Made by a program: the position numbers and the translations under genes. A stretch of 62,592 nt of DNA, counting the filler. It is 4 parts of 4 records of this genome, joined end to end, with 100 filler letters (N's around TTAATTAATTAA, not from the genome) between each part and the next. Parts side by side here need not be neighbours in the genome. Positions count along the whole stretch, not along the records: positions 1 to 23,657 come from SRR2962707_1411; 3 more parts are not named here. The stretch is one strand, 5' to 3'. The notes beneath the pieces are model-generated. The model was not told where the DNA came from, did no database searches, and saw only the letters and a program-made list of their open reading frames with translations. Positions 1-10,715 of the stretch are shown here, piece by piece. Position 1 is the stretch's first letter. Each line of letters opens with the position of its first letter.

Positions 1-185
1 CGAATGGCTGGACCAATACATCATCGAAAGTATCGAGGAGGCACAGGATCACGCCACGCAATGGCTATGGACTTATAACAACGACCGCCCGAACATGGGC
101 ATCGGCGGTATCACTCCCGCCATGAAACTGAAAATGGCCGCGTAAGCTCTACGAATGCACCCCCTTAAAAATGGGGGGATTACCA
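1..185 (+). mobile_element. 3' end and right terminal inverted repeat of an IS3-family insertion sequence (truncated by contig start)
   Basis: Frame 2..145 reads EWLDQYIIESIEEAQDHATQWLWTYNNDRPNMGIGGITPAMKLKMAA*, a typical IS3 OrfB C-terminus (YNxxRPH/N...TP). It is followed by ...CACCCCCTTAAAAATGGGGGGATTACCA, ending in CA. Confidence 0.85.
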
Positions 186-254
186 TTGTCTAGGCAGCCC
201 TAAGTTAAATTTATCAAAAGCGCTGCACATCACCATAATGGCCCTGGGCGCCTG

Positions 255-1313
255 CTACCCCGCCCTGAACACCGATATATGCGTCGGATCGATGGCCACA
301 GAGACCTTAGATCCAATCTCGGTCCCCTGACAGATAACATTGGGGCAGCGCACGCGCAGGCGTTCGCCTTGGATGGCAACGATCAATTCCGTTGATGGAC
401 CTAGATCGCGCATGAATTCAACTGTGCCGACTGATGCGTTCGGGTCCGTCGTGACCGGTTGCAGGTGGATATGTTCGGCCCGAACAGCCGCCTGCATATG
501 TGTGCCGTTTGGCACGCCCGCCACAACCTTGGATGCCATTCCGAGCAGGTGAACTTCGCCATCATTATAGACGCCCGCATCAATCAGGTTGGCAGCCCCA
601 AGGAAGTCAGCCACAAAACTGTCCGCAGGTTTTTGATAGACAACCGAAGGGGCCGCTGCCTGCCGGATAGCGCCATCCTTGAGTACTACCAATTCGTCCG
701 CCAGCATCATTGCCTCGTGCTGATCATGGGTCACGAGAATTGTCGTCACACCGAATTTCTGCTGCAACTGGCGTAGTTCGATCTGCATATTGTCGCGCAG
801 TTTAGCGTCAAGCGCGGACAGAGGTTCATCAAGCAAAAACAATGGCGGTTGAATGGCCAACGCGCGGGCAATTGCGACGCGCTGACGTTGCCCGCCCGAC
901 AGGGCCGAGACGGGCCGATCCGCGATATCCGGCAGATCGATAACGTTGAGCAGTTCTTCGACTCGACTGCGTTGCTCTGCGCCGCTTACCTTGCGCAGCT
1001 TCAGACCATAGGCGATGTTTTTGGCCACTGTCATATGCGGGAACAAAGCAAGCGATTGGAACACCATGCCAAAACCGCGTTTATGCGGTGGCATTTTCGA
1101 GATGTCGGTACCATCAAGCATCAACCGCCCCGCGCTCGCATTCTCAAACCCTGCAATAATGCGCAGCAGTGTGGTTTTGCCGCAGCCGGATGGCCCCAAC
1201 AGGCAAACGAAGGAGCCCCGCGCAATCTTTAGATCCACGTCTTTGAGCGCCTGAACGTCGTCAAAGTACTTCGACACGCCGTCGATATGAAGGTGGGTAT
1301 CTTGGGTACTCAC
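255..1313 (-). CDS. ABC transporter ATP-binding protein, PotA/FbpC (polyamine/opine) type
   Basis: Walker A GPSGCGKT, signature LSGGQRQR, Walker B LLDEP, VTHDQ, C-terminal TOBE-like domain. Confidence 0.92.
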   Translation of the reverse strand: MSTQDTHLHIDGVSKYFDDVQALKDVDLKIARGSFVCLLGPSGCGKTTLLRIIAGFENASAGRLMLDGTDISKMPPHKRGFGMVFQSLALFPHMTVAKNIAYGLKLRKVSGAEQRSRVEELLNVIDLPDIADRPVSALSGGQRQRVAIARALAIQPPLFLLDEPLSALDAKLRDNMQIELRQLQQKFGVTTILVTHDQHEAMMLADELVVLKDGAIRQAAAPSVVYQKPADSFVADFLGAANLIDAGVYNDGEVHLLGMASKVVAGVPNGTHMQAAVRAEHIHLQPVTTDPNASVGTVEFMRDLGPSTELIVAIQGERLRVRCPNVICQGTEIGSKVSVAIDPTHISVFRAG

Positions 1314-1326
1314 TTGGGTGGGCCTT

Positions 1327-2169
1327 TCAAAAGAGGTTTGCGCGTCCCGCGATCAGCTTATCGACAAGAACGATCAGCACGATATCCGCGACGATGATAA
1401 ACACAGACAGCGCCAGCGTGGACGGGTCCAGCGATGACACCGTGCGGCTGTACATCCAGATCGGCAGCGTGCTGACGTCGATCGTGTACATAAAGAACGT
1501 GATGGTGAATTCGTTGAAGCTGATGATCAGCGCAAAGATCAGACCCGCCAGAATACCGGCCCGCATCAGCGGAATGACCACATCCCAAATTGCGCGCAGG
1601 GGTGATGCGCCAAGCGATACGGCGGCCTCTTCAATCTCGACACTTATGCCGTTCATCGCACCAATGCAGTTGCGCAACACGAACGGCATCACCAGCGCGA
1701 CATGGGGAATGATGATCCGCCAGATACCGATGTCCAGCCGCAAGCTTTCCGCGATTAGCAAGAACGCGATGCCTAAAATTACGAGCGGAAAGACCAGCGG
1801 CAGGGTGAACAACAGCTCCATCCCTGCGCGAATACGCCTATCCCCGCGCGCTAACGCATAGGCCAACGGGATGCACACCAGCGTTGAAATCGCCATGACG
1901 ATAACCGCAACCACAAGGCTGGTGATTGTAGCCCCGACGACCGATTGCGCGCTCGACCCGTCTTCTTGGGTGAACATCGCAATGACTTCGCCGTACCAGC
2001 GAAACGACAGCTCCGTCGGTGGAAAACCCGCGTGCTCGGACGCGGAAAACGACATGATCGTGACCACGATCACGGGAAGGGACGAGATCAGAATGCCAAT
2101 AATGGCCAAAACCCAAACCGCGATCCGGTAGGTGCCGCCGCCTTGTGTGGGGAGTAATCCAACGCGCAT
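1327..2169 (-). CDS. ABC transporter permease, PotC type
   Basis: Multiple TM segments; EAA motif EIEEAAVSLGA; SFNEF motif. Confidence 0.9.
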   Translation of the reverse strand: MRVGLLPTQGGGTYRIAVWVLAIIGILISSLPVIVVTIMSFSASEHAGFPPTELSFRWYGEVIAMFTQEDGSSAQSVVGATITSLVVAVIVMAISTLVCIPLAYALARGDRRIRAGMELLFTLPLVFPLVILGIAFLLIAESLRLDIGIWRIIIPHVALVMPFVLRNCIGAMNGISVEIEEAAVSLGASPLRAIWDVVIPLMRAGILAGLIFALIISFNEFTITFFMYTIDVSTLPIWMYSRTVSSLDPSTLALSVFIIVADIVLIVLVDKLIAGRANLF

Positions 2170-2170
2170 A

Positions 2171-3022
2171 TCAGCCCTGCATTTTTTCGGTGGTGAGGCG
2201 CACCAACCACGCCGCGAACACCATCACAAGCAGCGTCAGGGTGATCAGGATCATGCCCGCTGCCGCAGCACCCGACCAGTTGAACATCGGTGAAATCATA
2301 TCGCGAATGGCAACGCCCAGCATCTGAACACGGCGCCCGCCCAACAACAGCGGGATCGCAAACGCGCTCGCATTGAACGCAAACACGATAGACGCAGCCC
2401 CCACTAGACCGGGGCGCAACAGCGGCACGGTGACATCAAAAAAGGTGCGCCATTGGCTGGCGCCAAGCGAACTGGCGGCCTCTAGGTGTTCTTGGGACAA
2501 GCCACGCACGGAACTGACAATGGGGAACACCGCCAAGGGCAGGGAGGTCTGGATCAGGCCAAGCAAAACACCGGTTTCGTTAAATAGCAGGAAGATGGGG
2601 CGTTCAATGATGCCTAATCCGCGCAGGATTGAATTTAGAACGCCGCTTGGCCCCAGCAGCAAAATCCAGCCGTACGCCTGCACAAGCAGGTTCAGGATCA
2701 GCGGCAACAGGATCGTCACCGTCAAACACCGCCGCGCCAGCGGGTTTTTGAGCGACGTCAAAAGAAACGCCAGCGGCACGGCCAACAGCATCGCAATAAC
2801 GGTCGCTATGAACGCTAGCTTTAGGGTGACCCACACAGATCGCCCAAAGAATGGCGTCATCAAATCGACGTAAGCTTGTATCGAATAGCCGTCGATGTTT
2901 CCCTTTTCGCCCGAGATCGAAAACCGGAAGATGTAAAAACAGGCCCCCAGAAACGGGAGTATCGCGATGAGCGCCGGCAAGGAAAAGGCCAGCGATCGAC
3001 GTTTGGATAATTGGATACTCAC
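2171..3022 (-). CDS. ABC transporter permease, PotB type
   Basis: TM segments; LEAASSLGA EAA motif; IPLLLGG. Confidence 0.9.
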   Translation of the reverse strand: MSIQLSKRRSLAFSLPALIAILPFLGACFYIFRFSISGEKGNIDGYSIQAYVDLMTPFFGRSVWVTLKLAFIATVIAMLLAVPLAFLLTSLKNPLARRCLTVTILLPLILNLLVQAYGWILLLGPSGVLNSILRGLGIIERPIFLLFNETGVLLGLIQTSLPLAVFPIVSSVRGLSQEHLEAASSLGASQWRTFFDVTVPLLRPGLVGAASIVFAFNASAFAIPLLLGGRRVQMLGVAIRDMISPMFNWSGAAAAGMILITLTLLVMVFAAWLVRLTTEKMQG

Positions 3023-3048
3023 GGTCTAGGAACCTGCATAGGGGACGT

Positions 3049-4140
3049 TTACGACAAAGTTTGCGTATACTGGTTGATCCAGTCTTCGCGTACATCTGCG
3101 ATGAACGCCTTGTCGTGCACAATTGCTTTTTCACCCATCTGTTCCGGCTTGATGATGAACGGGCTTGCTTGCGCAGCTTCCGACATCACGGCCTTCTGGT
3201 TTACAGGGCCGTTCAGCACGGCTTCGGCCATCATGCCCTGCACTTCGGCATCAAGGGTAAAGTCGATGAAGGCGTGTACAACATCATCGTCGCCCGGTTT
3301 GGACTTTGGCGTGATCGTGTACATCAGGTCGGCAAAAAACCCTTCGTCGACGTCATAGGTGGCGCCCATGTTGGAATTGGCCGGATCGTTCAGTTCTGCC
3401 GCATAAAACGCTGGTGCATAAACGCCGCCGATGTCCAAAGCATCAGAGCGGAACAGTTCGGACAATTGCGCAGGGTTTTCACCGAACGTCAGGATGCTGT
3501 CGCGCAGTTCCGCCAGTTTGGCAAAGGCCGCTTCCGAGTTGGTTCCGTCACCACCGAGCATGATGTCCGTCGCAAAGATGGTATCCAGAGCATCGGTCCA
3601 TGTTGAAGGCGGCAGGAATAGACGGTTTTTATGCGTCTCGTCCCACATCTGTGCATAGGATGTTGGGGCTTCTTTGAACGTTTTGGTGTTGTAAATCAAA
3701 CCACCCGTCCACAGCAGGTAGCCGATGCCGTGGCCATCCGCACCCGTGCGGAACCGCGGATCAACATCTTCGAGGTTCGGCAACATGTTCAGGTCCGGCT
3801 TCGCCAGAAGACCGTCACCGGCCAGTTCAACGGCGCCAACACCGGCAAGCGTGATCACATCGTATTGCGGACGATCACCCGCTGCCCGCAACTTTGCGAC
3901 CATTTCAGATGTGGAGCCTGTGCGATCCGCGATCACACGAGCGCCGGTCTTTTCCTCAAACGGCTTGGCTATATGATCGAGAATGGCTGCGCCAGTGTTA
4001 TCGGACCACGTCAACAGACGAATCTCTTTGCCCGCCAGCGGCTGGTGGCTGTCTGCCCGTACGATTGATGGCATGGCGAGTGACGCGGCAAGGCCCGCGC
4101 TTGATGCCAAGAGATGTCGCCGTGAGATTTTGTGGTCCAT
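3049..4140 (-). CDS. ABC transporter substrate-binding protein, PotD/PotF type, Tat-exported
   Basis: Start taken at MDHKISRRHLL (twin-arginine signal; GGAAGG upstream); PTSYAQMWD; located in a pot-like operon. Confidence 0.85.
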   Translation of the reverse strand: MDHKISRRHLLASSAGLAASLAMPSIVRADSHQPLAGKEIRLLTWSDNTGAAILDHIAKPFEEKTGARVIADRTGSTSEMVAKLRAAGDRPQYDVITLAGVGAVELAGDGLLAKPDLNMLPNLEDVDPRFRTGADGHGIGYLLWTGGLIYNTKTFKEAPTSYAQMWDETHKNRLFLPPSTWTDALDTIFATDIMLGGDGTNSEAAFAKLAELRDSILTFGENPAQLSELFRSDALDIGGVYAPAFYAAELNDPANSNMGATYDVDEGFFADLMYTITPKSKPGDDDVVHAFIDFTLDAEVQGMMAEAVLNGPVNQKAVMSEAAQASPFIIKPEQMGEKAIVHDKAFIADVREDWINQYTQTLS

Positions 4141-4586
4141 AATGCATCCTTCCAAGTTTGGTAGCCGCCGCAAAGAATCGGCAGCGCACGAGATCCAATA
4201 CATTATGTGAGGCCAAGGCAAATTTTAAATATTCATGAACCCAAAGTAAGTTTCATACTTATACACCTAAAGTCGCTTTGTTCGAAAGTTTGCTACGTGT
4301 TCAATATTTGTGCAGGACGCCGCTCAATTCGCCATTGATCGCGGCAAATTACGTTTGCAGACCATAGGATTTTCTTGCTGACACTACCGCGGATACCAGG
4401 GTCACAAAGGCCATCGGATAAATCTGTGTGCGCAAAAGCGAGGCCTTGGCCGCCAGAAGAATTTAGCAAAAGAACCTATAGCCGCGCCAAGAGCTCTTGG
4501 CCGTTCTTGAGCGCCGACTTGGTCGTAATCTTTCGCATAAATTGCGCCTGATAGACCCCTATTATCGGACGGCAGTGATTGGGTCT

Positions 4587-5243
4587 TTACAGACGGTTCG
4601 CCAACACCGCCCCAAGTGCAGATGCAACAGCGGCCTGCGTTGGGTCGATCACTGGGATACCCAAGGCCTGTTCCAGTGGCGCGCGATGTACCGCCATACC
4701 TGCACAGCCTAGCACCAACGCCTCTGCCCCGTCGTCGATCAACTCGCCCCCGACCTGCTGCAATCGCGTAAAGGTGCCGCTGCCACGGGCGGATTCGTCC
4801 ACAGTCATGTTCAGCGCGCGTTCCCCCGCTATGCGCGAGCCCACCCCCATTCGGCGCATATACAGCCTATGCCGCTTTTCCGACGCCCCAGAGATAGCAA
4901 CAATCCCGATCCTGTCGGCACGGCTAAGCGCAGTGAGAACGCCACTTTCCTGAATGCCAAAAACCGGTACCGGTGATACCGACCTACACACATCAATACC
5001 GGGGTCAGAATAACAAGCGATAACAAAAGCCGATGCATCGCTGTACGATGCCAAGAGGTTTAGCAAAGGCAGAACAACCTGGTCCGCATGGACCTGACTT
5101 TCGACGCCAAAAGGCCCTTCTGCCAGTGTCACACATTTGATTTCCGGGCCACCCGACAGCCGAAACGGGTCCAGCGCGCGGTCCAAACCGTCAGTTACGG
5201 CTTGGTTGGAGTTCGGGTTGATGACGACGATTGGGCCGCTCAT
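4587..5243 (-). CDS. hyuA: Asp/Glu/hydantoin racemase family protein (hydantoin/allantoin racemase-like)
   Basis: VINPNS N-terminus; the two catalytic-Cys motifs IACYSDPG and LGCAGM. Confidence 0.8.
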   Translation of the reverse strand: MSGPIVVINPNSNQAVTDGLDRALDPFRLSGGPEIKCVTLAEGPFGVESQVHADQVVLPLLNLLASYSDASAFVIACYSDPGIDVCRSVSPVPVFGIQESGVLTALSRADRIGIVAISGASEKRHRLYMRRMGVGSRIAGERALNMTVDESARGSGTFTRLQQVGGELIDDGAEALVLGCAGMAVHRAPLEQALGIPVIDPTQAAVASALGAVLANRL

Positions 5244-5307
5244 GGTTTTCCTCGCTTCTTATCAAAAAAGGTGCTGCCTAGATGGGCGGCGCTGCAAACG
5301 CATAGGC

Positions 5308-6096
5308 CTAAACAGATTTGATCGCGCCACCGTCACAGCGGATGAGCCCCCCGGTGACATAGCTTGCCTGGGTCGAGGCTAGGAAAGCGCAGACTGAGGC
5401 GAATTCCGCAATTGTACCATACCGCCCGGCAGGGATCGTCGCTTTAGAAGCTGTGCGGGTGTCGTCCAACGACTTACCGGTCCGCTTTGCCGCCGCGGCG
5501 TCCAACTCATCAACCCGTTCGGTGTGAATACGGCCCGGCAGCAACATGTTCACCGTCACACCATCTGCCGCCACATCATTGGATAGCGATTTGGACCACC
5601 CCACCAAAGCCGAACGAAGCGCATTGGAAAGGCCAAGGTTCGGAATGGGCTGAACCACTCCTGAAGATCCAAGCGTGATAACCCGCCCCCATTTCTGGGC
5701 CTGCATGGCAGGCAATAGCCGGCCGGTCAGCGCAATCACATTCATCACCATCGTATCAAACTGCGATGCCATAACCGCCATATCGGCATCCACCATCCGG
5801 CCCGGGGGCGGGCCGCCAGTATTGTTGACCAGAATATCGACGCTGCCCAAAATGTCGGCAGCGGCCTGCACCAATGTCTCTACCGCAGCACTGTCAGCTA
5901 GGTCACAAACGACGTAACCCGCCTTGCCCGGCCCCTTGGCCGTGATCGCCGCAGCAGCCTCGGCCAGCTTGTCGGCGGATCGACCTGTCAGCAGAACATG
6001 CACGCCTTCGGCAGCCAGAATTTCAGCGCATCCAAGGCCAAGACCCCGTGACGAGGACATAACCAATGCCCGTTTTCCACTTAGTCCAAAATCCAT
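5308..6096 (-). CDS. Short-chain dehydrogenase/reductase (SDR)
   Basis: SSRGLG Rossmann motif, LVNNTGGP, NLGLSNALR, PGRIHT, DGG. Confidence 0.9.
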   Translation of the reverse strand: MDFGLSGKRALVMSSSRGLGLGCAEILAAEGVHVLLTGRSADKLAEAAAAITAKGPGKAGYVVCDLADSAAVETLVQAAADILGSVDILVNNTGGPPPGRMVDADMAVMASQFDTMVMNVIALTGRLLPAMQAQKWGRVITLGSSGVVQPIPNLGLSNALRSALVGWSKSLSNDVAADGVTVNMLLPGRIHTERVDELDAAAAKRTGKSLDDTRTASKATIPAGRYGTIAEFASVCAFLASTQASYVTGGLIRCDGGAIKSV

Positions 6097-7028
6097 CAGT
6101 TCAGCTCTTTCAATCGTTTTTCCAGACGGGATATTAGCCGTGTCAATTCTTCGTGGTCGCGAACCGTCATGGCCGGGCCGGGTGCGCGCACTTTACTAGT
6201 GGCGATCACACCACGTCGGCGCAGCACCTCTTTGCGGATGCCAAGGCCAAGGCCAAGTTGCTGTTCATAGCGGACCAGAGGCAGGTAGGCATCAAACAGG
6301 TCTTCGGCTGCGTCCACATCGCCTGCCTTGTGCCGCGCAACCACCTGCACCAGCATTTCGGGATAGGCAAAACCCGTCATCGCCCCATCCGCACCGCGCT
6401 GCATTTCCTGCGCAAGGAACAATGCGGAGTTTCCGGTCAGGATCGACAGGCGCGGCACGTCTGCTGTATCTGTTTCGGCCCGCACGCGGCTCAGTTTGGT
6501 CAACCCAGGCCAATCTTCGTGCTTAAGCATAACAATTTGCGGGTGGTCTACGGTCAGGCCCAGAATGGTTTCGACGGACACCTGCACGCCTGTGGTCTGG
6601 GGGTAATCCTGAAAGCAGATTGGCGTGTCGCCGAGTGTATCGGAGATCTGCGCCATATAGGACTTTAACTTCGCCTCGGTGATCATTCCGGGCTGCGGCG
6701 CGACCATGACACCTCCTGCCCCGGCATCCATAGCCATCCCCGCGAGCCGTGCCATATTGCCCAGTCCCGCCGCTGATACGCCAACGATGACAGGCATCCG
6801 ACCGTCGACGCGTTTCAACACATGCCGGGCAAAACTCTCTGACTCCTGGTCGGACAGTTTAGGCGCTTCGCCCATTATCCCCAGGATGGTCATGCCGCTG
6901 ACACCGGTTTTCAGATAGAAATCCACCAACCGATCGACGCTATCATAATCAATTGCACCGCTTTCATCAAAAGGGGTTGCTGCGATGATAAAGACGCCGT
7001 CCGAGTGGCGGTGAATTAGGTTGCTCAT
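6096..7028 (-). CDS. Dihydrodipicolinate synthase/N-acetylneuraminate lyase family protein
   Basis: ATPFDESGAIDY, GIMGE, QDYP, Schiff-base Lys in LKHED. Confidence 0.88.
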   Translation of the reverse strand: MSNLIHRHSDGVFIIAATPFDESGAIDYDSVDRLVDFYLKTGVSGMTILGIMGEAPKLSDQESESFARHVLKRVDGRMPVIVGVSAAGLGNMARLAGMAMDAGAGGVMVAPQPGMITEAKLKSYMAQISDTLGDTPICFQDYPQTTGVQVSVETILGLTVDHPQIVMLKHEDWPGLTKLSRVRAETDTADVPRLSILTGNSALFLAQEMQRGADGAMTGFAYPEMLVQVVARHKAGDVDAAEDLFDAYLPLVRYEQQLGLGLGIRKEVLRRRGVIATSKVRAPGPAMTVRDHEELTRLISRLEKRLKELN

Positions 7029-7660
7029 TTACCAATTTCCTTAGATTCTGGCACGGAGGGGATCGCACGACGCTCGATCTCCTCTAAACGTGCATAGCGA
7101 TCGGCGAACAGGCGTGCGACAGGATAGACGCCGTCCCATTCCACGCGCCAGCTGTTGGTATCAATCAGACCATCCCGGGCGCTCAGGCCCACGGCTTGGC
7201 CCACGACGATCTCGCGCTCGGCCGAAAACGTCAGGGTTTCTAAACGCCGACATTCAATGGCCACGGGCACGTCGGCCAGGCGGGGCGGCGCCACGTGTAA
7301 AGATGGCGCAAGCGCGAGGCCCAGCGCTTTGGGTTCAGACACATCCGTAGCATATGCCGCCGCCGTATCTACCATGGCAGCGTTCAGATCTGGCGTCGCG
7401 ATGTTGATGACAAATTCGCCCGTGCGCCGGATATTGGCGGTGGTGTCTTTTGCGGTGCCATCAGCGCGGTGTTCCAGCCCAAGGATGACAAGCGCGGGGT
7501 CTTTCCCAAAGAGGTTGAAAAACGAATAGGGAGCGGCGTTAATCGTTCCGTCAGCGCCCACAGTGGTAACCCAAGCAATAGGACGCGGAATAACCACTGC
7601 CGTCAGCAGCTTATACCGCAACGCCGGTTCCATCGCATCGAGATCAAGTGAGAGCGTCAT
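7025..7660 (-). CDS. Flavin reductase-like (DIM6/NTAB family) protein
   Basis: YKLLTAVVIPRPIAWVTT, NAAPYSFFN, KDTTANIRRTGEFVINI. Confidence 0.9.
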   Translation of the reverse strand: MTLSLDLDAMEPALRYKLLTAVVIPRPIAWVTTVGADGTINAAPYSFFNLFGKDPALVILGLEHRADGTAKDTTANIRRTGEFVINIATPDLNAAMVDTAAAYATDVSEPKALGLALAPSLHVAPPRLADVPVAIECRRLETLTFSAEREIVVGQAVGLSARDGLIDTNSWRVEWDGVYPVARLFADRYARLEEIERRAIPSVPESKEIGK

Positions 7661-8583
7661 TCCGGATATACCACGCCGGTTTGGCCTGTGATGCGCCCGT
7701 AATGTTCCACCCTGCGATGGCGGGCAAAATCAAATATCGTCGTCTTCCCGAAATTACACATATCCATGTCGCAGGCATGCACGATCAACTCGTCCTCTTC
7801 GGATTCGGCGCGCGCAACGACAAAACCGTTCGGATCAACGATGATAGATCCGCCCATCAAAGGGTGTCCATCCTCGTTTCCAGCTTTGGCCACACCAACG
7901 ACCCAACACGCATTCTGATAGGCACCCGATGTCATGGACAGTTCGGAATGGTAAAGGCGTTGTGCCAGACCTTCTGCGCCGTCCTGGCTGTTGACGGATG
8001 GTGTGTTATAACCAAGCGTAATCAGTTCCACCCCTTGCAGGCCCATTTCGCGATAAACCTCGGGCCAGCGACGATCGTTGCAAATCGCCATCCCCATCCA
8101 TGCGTCAAGGTTCTTCCAAACGGGAAACCCCAGATCGCCCGGTTCAAAATACCGTTTTTCCAAATGCTGAAATGCACGCTCGGTATCAAATTCCGAATGG
8201 CCGGGCAAATGCACCTTGCGGTATTTACCAACGATGGTCCCCGTTTTGTCCGTCAGGATCGACGTATTGAAATGTTGGTCGTTCGGCGTCTTTTCGGCAT
8301 AACCAAAGGTAATCGCGATCCCGTGCTGTCTTGCGGCGTCCAACAAGGGCCGTGTGGCTGCATTGGGCATCTCTGCCTCAAACCACGTGTCCACCTCGGC
8401 CGGGTCCTCCATCCACCAACGAGGAAAAAACGTCGTCAGAGCCAGCTCTGGAAAAACCACCAGATCGCAGCCAGACTCGGCCGCTTGTGTCAGCAATGCC
8501 ACCATCCGCGCCACCACGGCCTCACGACTGTCGGACCTTTGAATGGCACCCAATTGCGCGCCTCCGATGACTATTTCGCGCAT
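7657..8583 (-). CDS. hyuC: N-carbamoyl-D-amino acid amidohydrolase (D-carbamoylase), copy 2
   Basis: Nitrilase-family triad motifs FPELALTTFFPR (E), YRKVHLPG (K), ICNDRRWPE (C); QHLEKRYF; FDFARHRR. Confidence 0.88.
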   Translation of the reverse strand: MREIVIGGAQLGAIQRSDSREAVVARMVALLTQAAESGCDLVVFPELALTTFFPRWWMEDPAEVDTWFEAEMPNAATRPLLDAARQHGIAITFGYAEKTPNDQHFNTSILTDKTGTIVGKYRKVHLPGHSEFDTERAFQHLEKRYFEPGDLGFPVWKNLDAWMGMAICNDRRWPEVYREMGLQGVELITLGYNTPSVNSQDGAEGLAQRLYHSELSMTSGAYQNACWVVGVAKAGNEDGHPLMGGSIIVDPNGFVVARAESEEDELIVHACDMDMCNFGKTTIFDFARHRRVEHYGRITGQTGVVYPE

Positions 8584-8598
8584 CTGTTTTCTCCCTTT

Positions 8599-9264
8599 TC
8601 AGCTATCTATTTTACGTTCAAAACGGCTGATCACGCGGATCAGTGGCCACAGCAATGCAAGGTAAATCCCGCCTGCAAGTACCAGCGGCGAGGCGTTATA
8701 GGTGAGGGACCGCACCAACCCAGCAGCGTGCAGCATTTCGCCCAGCGACACGACCGACGCAAGCGATGTCAGCTTGACCACCTCAACCACATTGGACAGC
8801 AGGTCGGGCAAAACATTGCGCACCGCCTGCGGTAGCGTGACCCAGAACAACGACTGTCCCTGTGTCAGGCCGGTTGATCGCGCAGCCTCTGTCTGGCCCT
8901 TGGGCACCGAAAGAATGCCCGCGCGAAACACCTCGGCAAAATAGGCAGAATTATTAAGGAAAAAGGCCACAGTAACGGCAACAAAGGGCGAAACCTGAAT
9001 CCCCGCAAACGGCAGACCTGCGTAAATGAAGATGAGCAGCACCAAGGGCGGAATCGCGCGAAACAGGTCTACAAAAGCAATCGCGGCCCATCGTATCCCA
9101 CGGTGCTTGGCAACACAGGCGAGCGCAGCAAACAGCCCCCCCAACGCACCCAGCGGGATCACCACCATGCAGATTAGCAAAGTCATACCTAAGCCCTTAA
9201 GAACCAGGGGCAGGGCTTTGGCCATAATTTCAAGATTAAAGAATTGTTGAATTATCGCATCCAT
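8599..9264 (-). CDS. Polar amino-acid ABC transporter permease
   Basis: FRAIPPLVLL, AYFAEVFRAG, GQTEAARSTGL. Confidence 0.92.
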   Translation of the reverse strand: MDAIIQQFFNLEIMAKALPLVLKGLGMTLLICMVVIPLGALGGLFAALACVAKHRGIRWAAIAFVDLFRAIPPLVLLIFIYAGLPFAGIQVSPFVAVTVAFFLNNSAYFAEVFRAGILSVPKGQTEAARSTGLTQGQSLFWVTLPQAVRNVLPDLLSNVVEVVKLTSLASVVSLGEMLHAAGLVRSLTYNASPLVLAGGIYLALLWPLIRVISRFERKIDS

Positions 9265-9267
9265 CGC

Positions 9268-9942
9268 CTAGCCCCCGCTCTTTGCGAAACGCCGTTCAAG
9301 CCAGCGAGAGGCCACGACCAATGGCAGGAAGATCGCGACATATGCGATAGCGGCCAAAGTAAGCGGCGAGGCATTGGCACTAAACGATTGCGCCGTTGTC
9401 GCCTGCCCTAAAATATCGGGCACACCAATTACCATACCCAAGGCTGTCATCTTGGTAATCGCAATCGCGCGGTTTGTCAGCGGCGGGATCACCATACGCA
9501 CAGCCTGTGGCAGGACGACATAGCCCAAGGCTTGGGTGAAATTTAGCCCCGTGCTGCGCGCTGCCTCCCACTGCCCCTTAGGTGTGGATGTGATGCCCGC
9601 CCAAACGATTTCTTCTGCGAAGGCGGCAAGGACCAAGCTCAGCACAAGAAACAATACGGTAAAGGATGACAGCACTACACCAACATTGGGCAAGCCGAAG
9701 TAGACCAGAAGAATGAGCACCAATGGCGGCAGAGCCCGCAACACATCCGCGAAAATCACGATCACAAACGACAGCGCGCCGATCCGGTATGCCCGCAGGC
9801 AGGCAAGAGCGGCACCAAAGGCAATACCCGCGAACACAATCATCACAGACAGGATAACAGTCACCACCGCGCCGCGGAGGATAAGCGGCGCGTATTTGGC
9901 CAAAACCGCTTGGTTCAGGAACTGATCAAGGAATACATCCAT
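9268..9942 (-). CDS. Polar amino-acid ABC transporter permease
   Basis: LRALPPLVLI, GQWEAARSTGL, VLPQAVR. Confidence 0.92.
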   Translation of the reverse strand: MDVFLDQFLNQAVLAKYAPLILRGAVVTVILSVMIVFAGIAFGAALACLRAYRIGALSFVIVIFADVLRALPPLVLILLVYFGLPNVGVVLSSFTVLFLVLSLVLAAFAEEIVWAGITSTPKGQWEAARSTGLNFTQALGYVVLPQAVRMVIPPLTNRAIAITKMTALGMVIGVPDILGQATTAQSFSANASPLTLAAIAYVAIFLPLVVASRWLERRFAKSGG

Positions 9943-9947
9943 GCGCT

Positions 9948-10715
9948 TTACCCGTTGAACCGCGACAGGAAACTGCGGGTACGCTCATGGGTCGGTGCGC
10001 CAAAAATCTGCTCGGGCGGGCCTTGTTCGACGATTACCCCACCGTCCATGAACACCACGCGGTCGGCAGCGTCTCGGGCGAACTTCATCTCGTGACTGAC
10101 GACAAGCATAGTCATTCCCTGCGCTTTCACGTCGCGCATCACATCCAACACATCCCCCACAAGTTCCGGATCCAGCGCTGAGGTCGGTTCGTCGAAAAGC
10201 ATCACCGTGGGTTTCAACGCAAGCGCGCGGGCAATCGCCACGCGCTGCTGCTGCCCACCCGAAAGCTGGGACGGGTAGTGACCCGAACGATCAGACAAAC
10301 CCACCTTGGCCAGCGCCGCCATCGCTTCGGCCTCGGCCTGCACGCGCGGTAATCTGAGCACACGCCGCAGGGCAAGCGTCACATTACCCAGCGCGGTCAG
10401 ATGCGGGTATAGATTGAAGGATTGGAAAACCATCCCGATCCGCTGGCGCATCTTGTTCAGGTTCACACCTGGGCCGGTCAGCTTGTCGCCTTCGATTAAA
10501 ATCGCACCAGAATCAGGTTCTTCCAGAAGATTGCAGCACCGCAGCATCGTAGATTTCCCCGACCCTGACGGGCCGAGAACAAAAACCATCTCGCTGCGCT
10601 GCACGTGCAGATCTATCCCTTTCAGCACCTCAATTGCGCCAAAGGATTTGTACAAAGCCCGCACAGAAAGGGTCGCCGTAGACGGCGGCCCCCCGTGGCT
10701 TGCGCTCGTCGCCAT
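9948..10715 (-). CDS. Polar amino-acid ABC transporter ATP-binding protein (GlnQ type)
   Basis: [46 protein letters not shown]. Confidence 0.93.
   Translation of the reverse strand: MATSASHGGPPSTATLSVRALYKSFGAIEVLKGIDLHVQRSEMVFVLGPSGSGKSTMLRCCNLLEEPDSGAILIEGDKLTGPGVNLNKMRQRIGMVFQSFNLYPHLTALGNVTLALRRVLRLPRVQAEAEAMAALAKVGLSDRSGHYPSQLSGGQQQRVAIARALALKPTVMLFDEPTSALDPELVGDVLDVMRDVKAQGMTMLVVSHEMKFARDAADRVVFMDGGVIVEQGPPEQIFGAPTHERTRSFLSRFNG

Noticed and set aside
7648-8835. 395-aa plus-strand ORF
   Set aside because: Antisense shadow of the carbamoylase and permease genes; no recognisable motifs.
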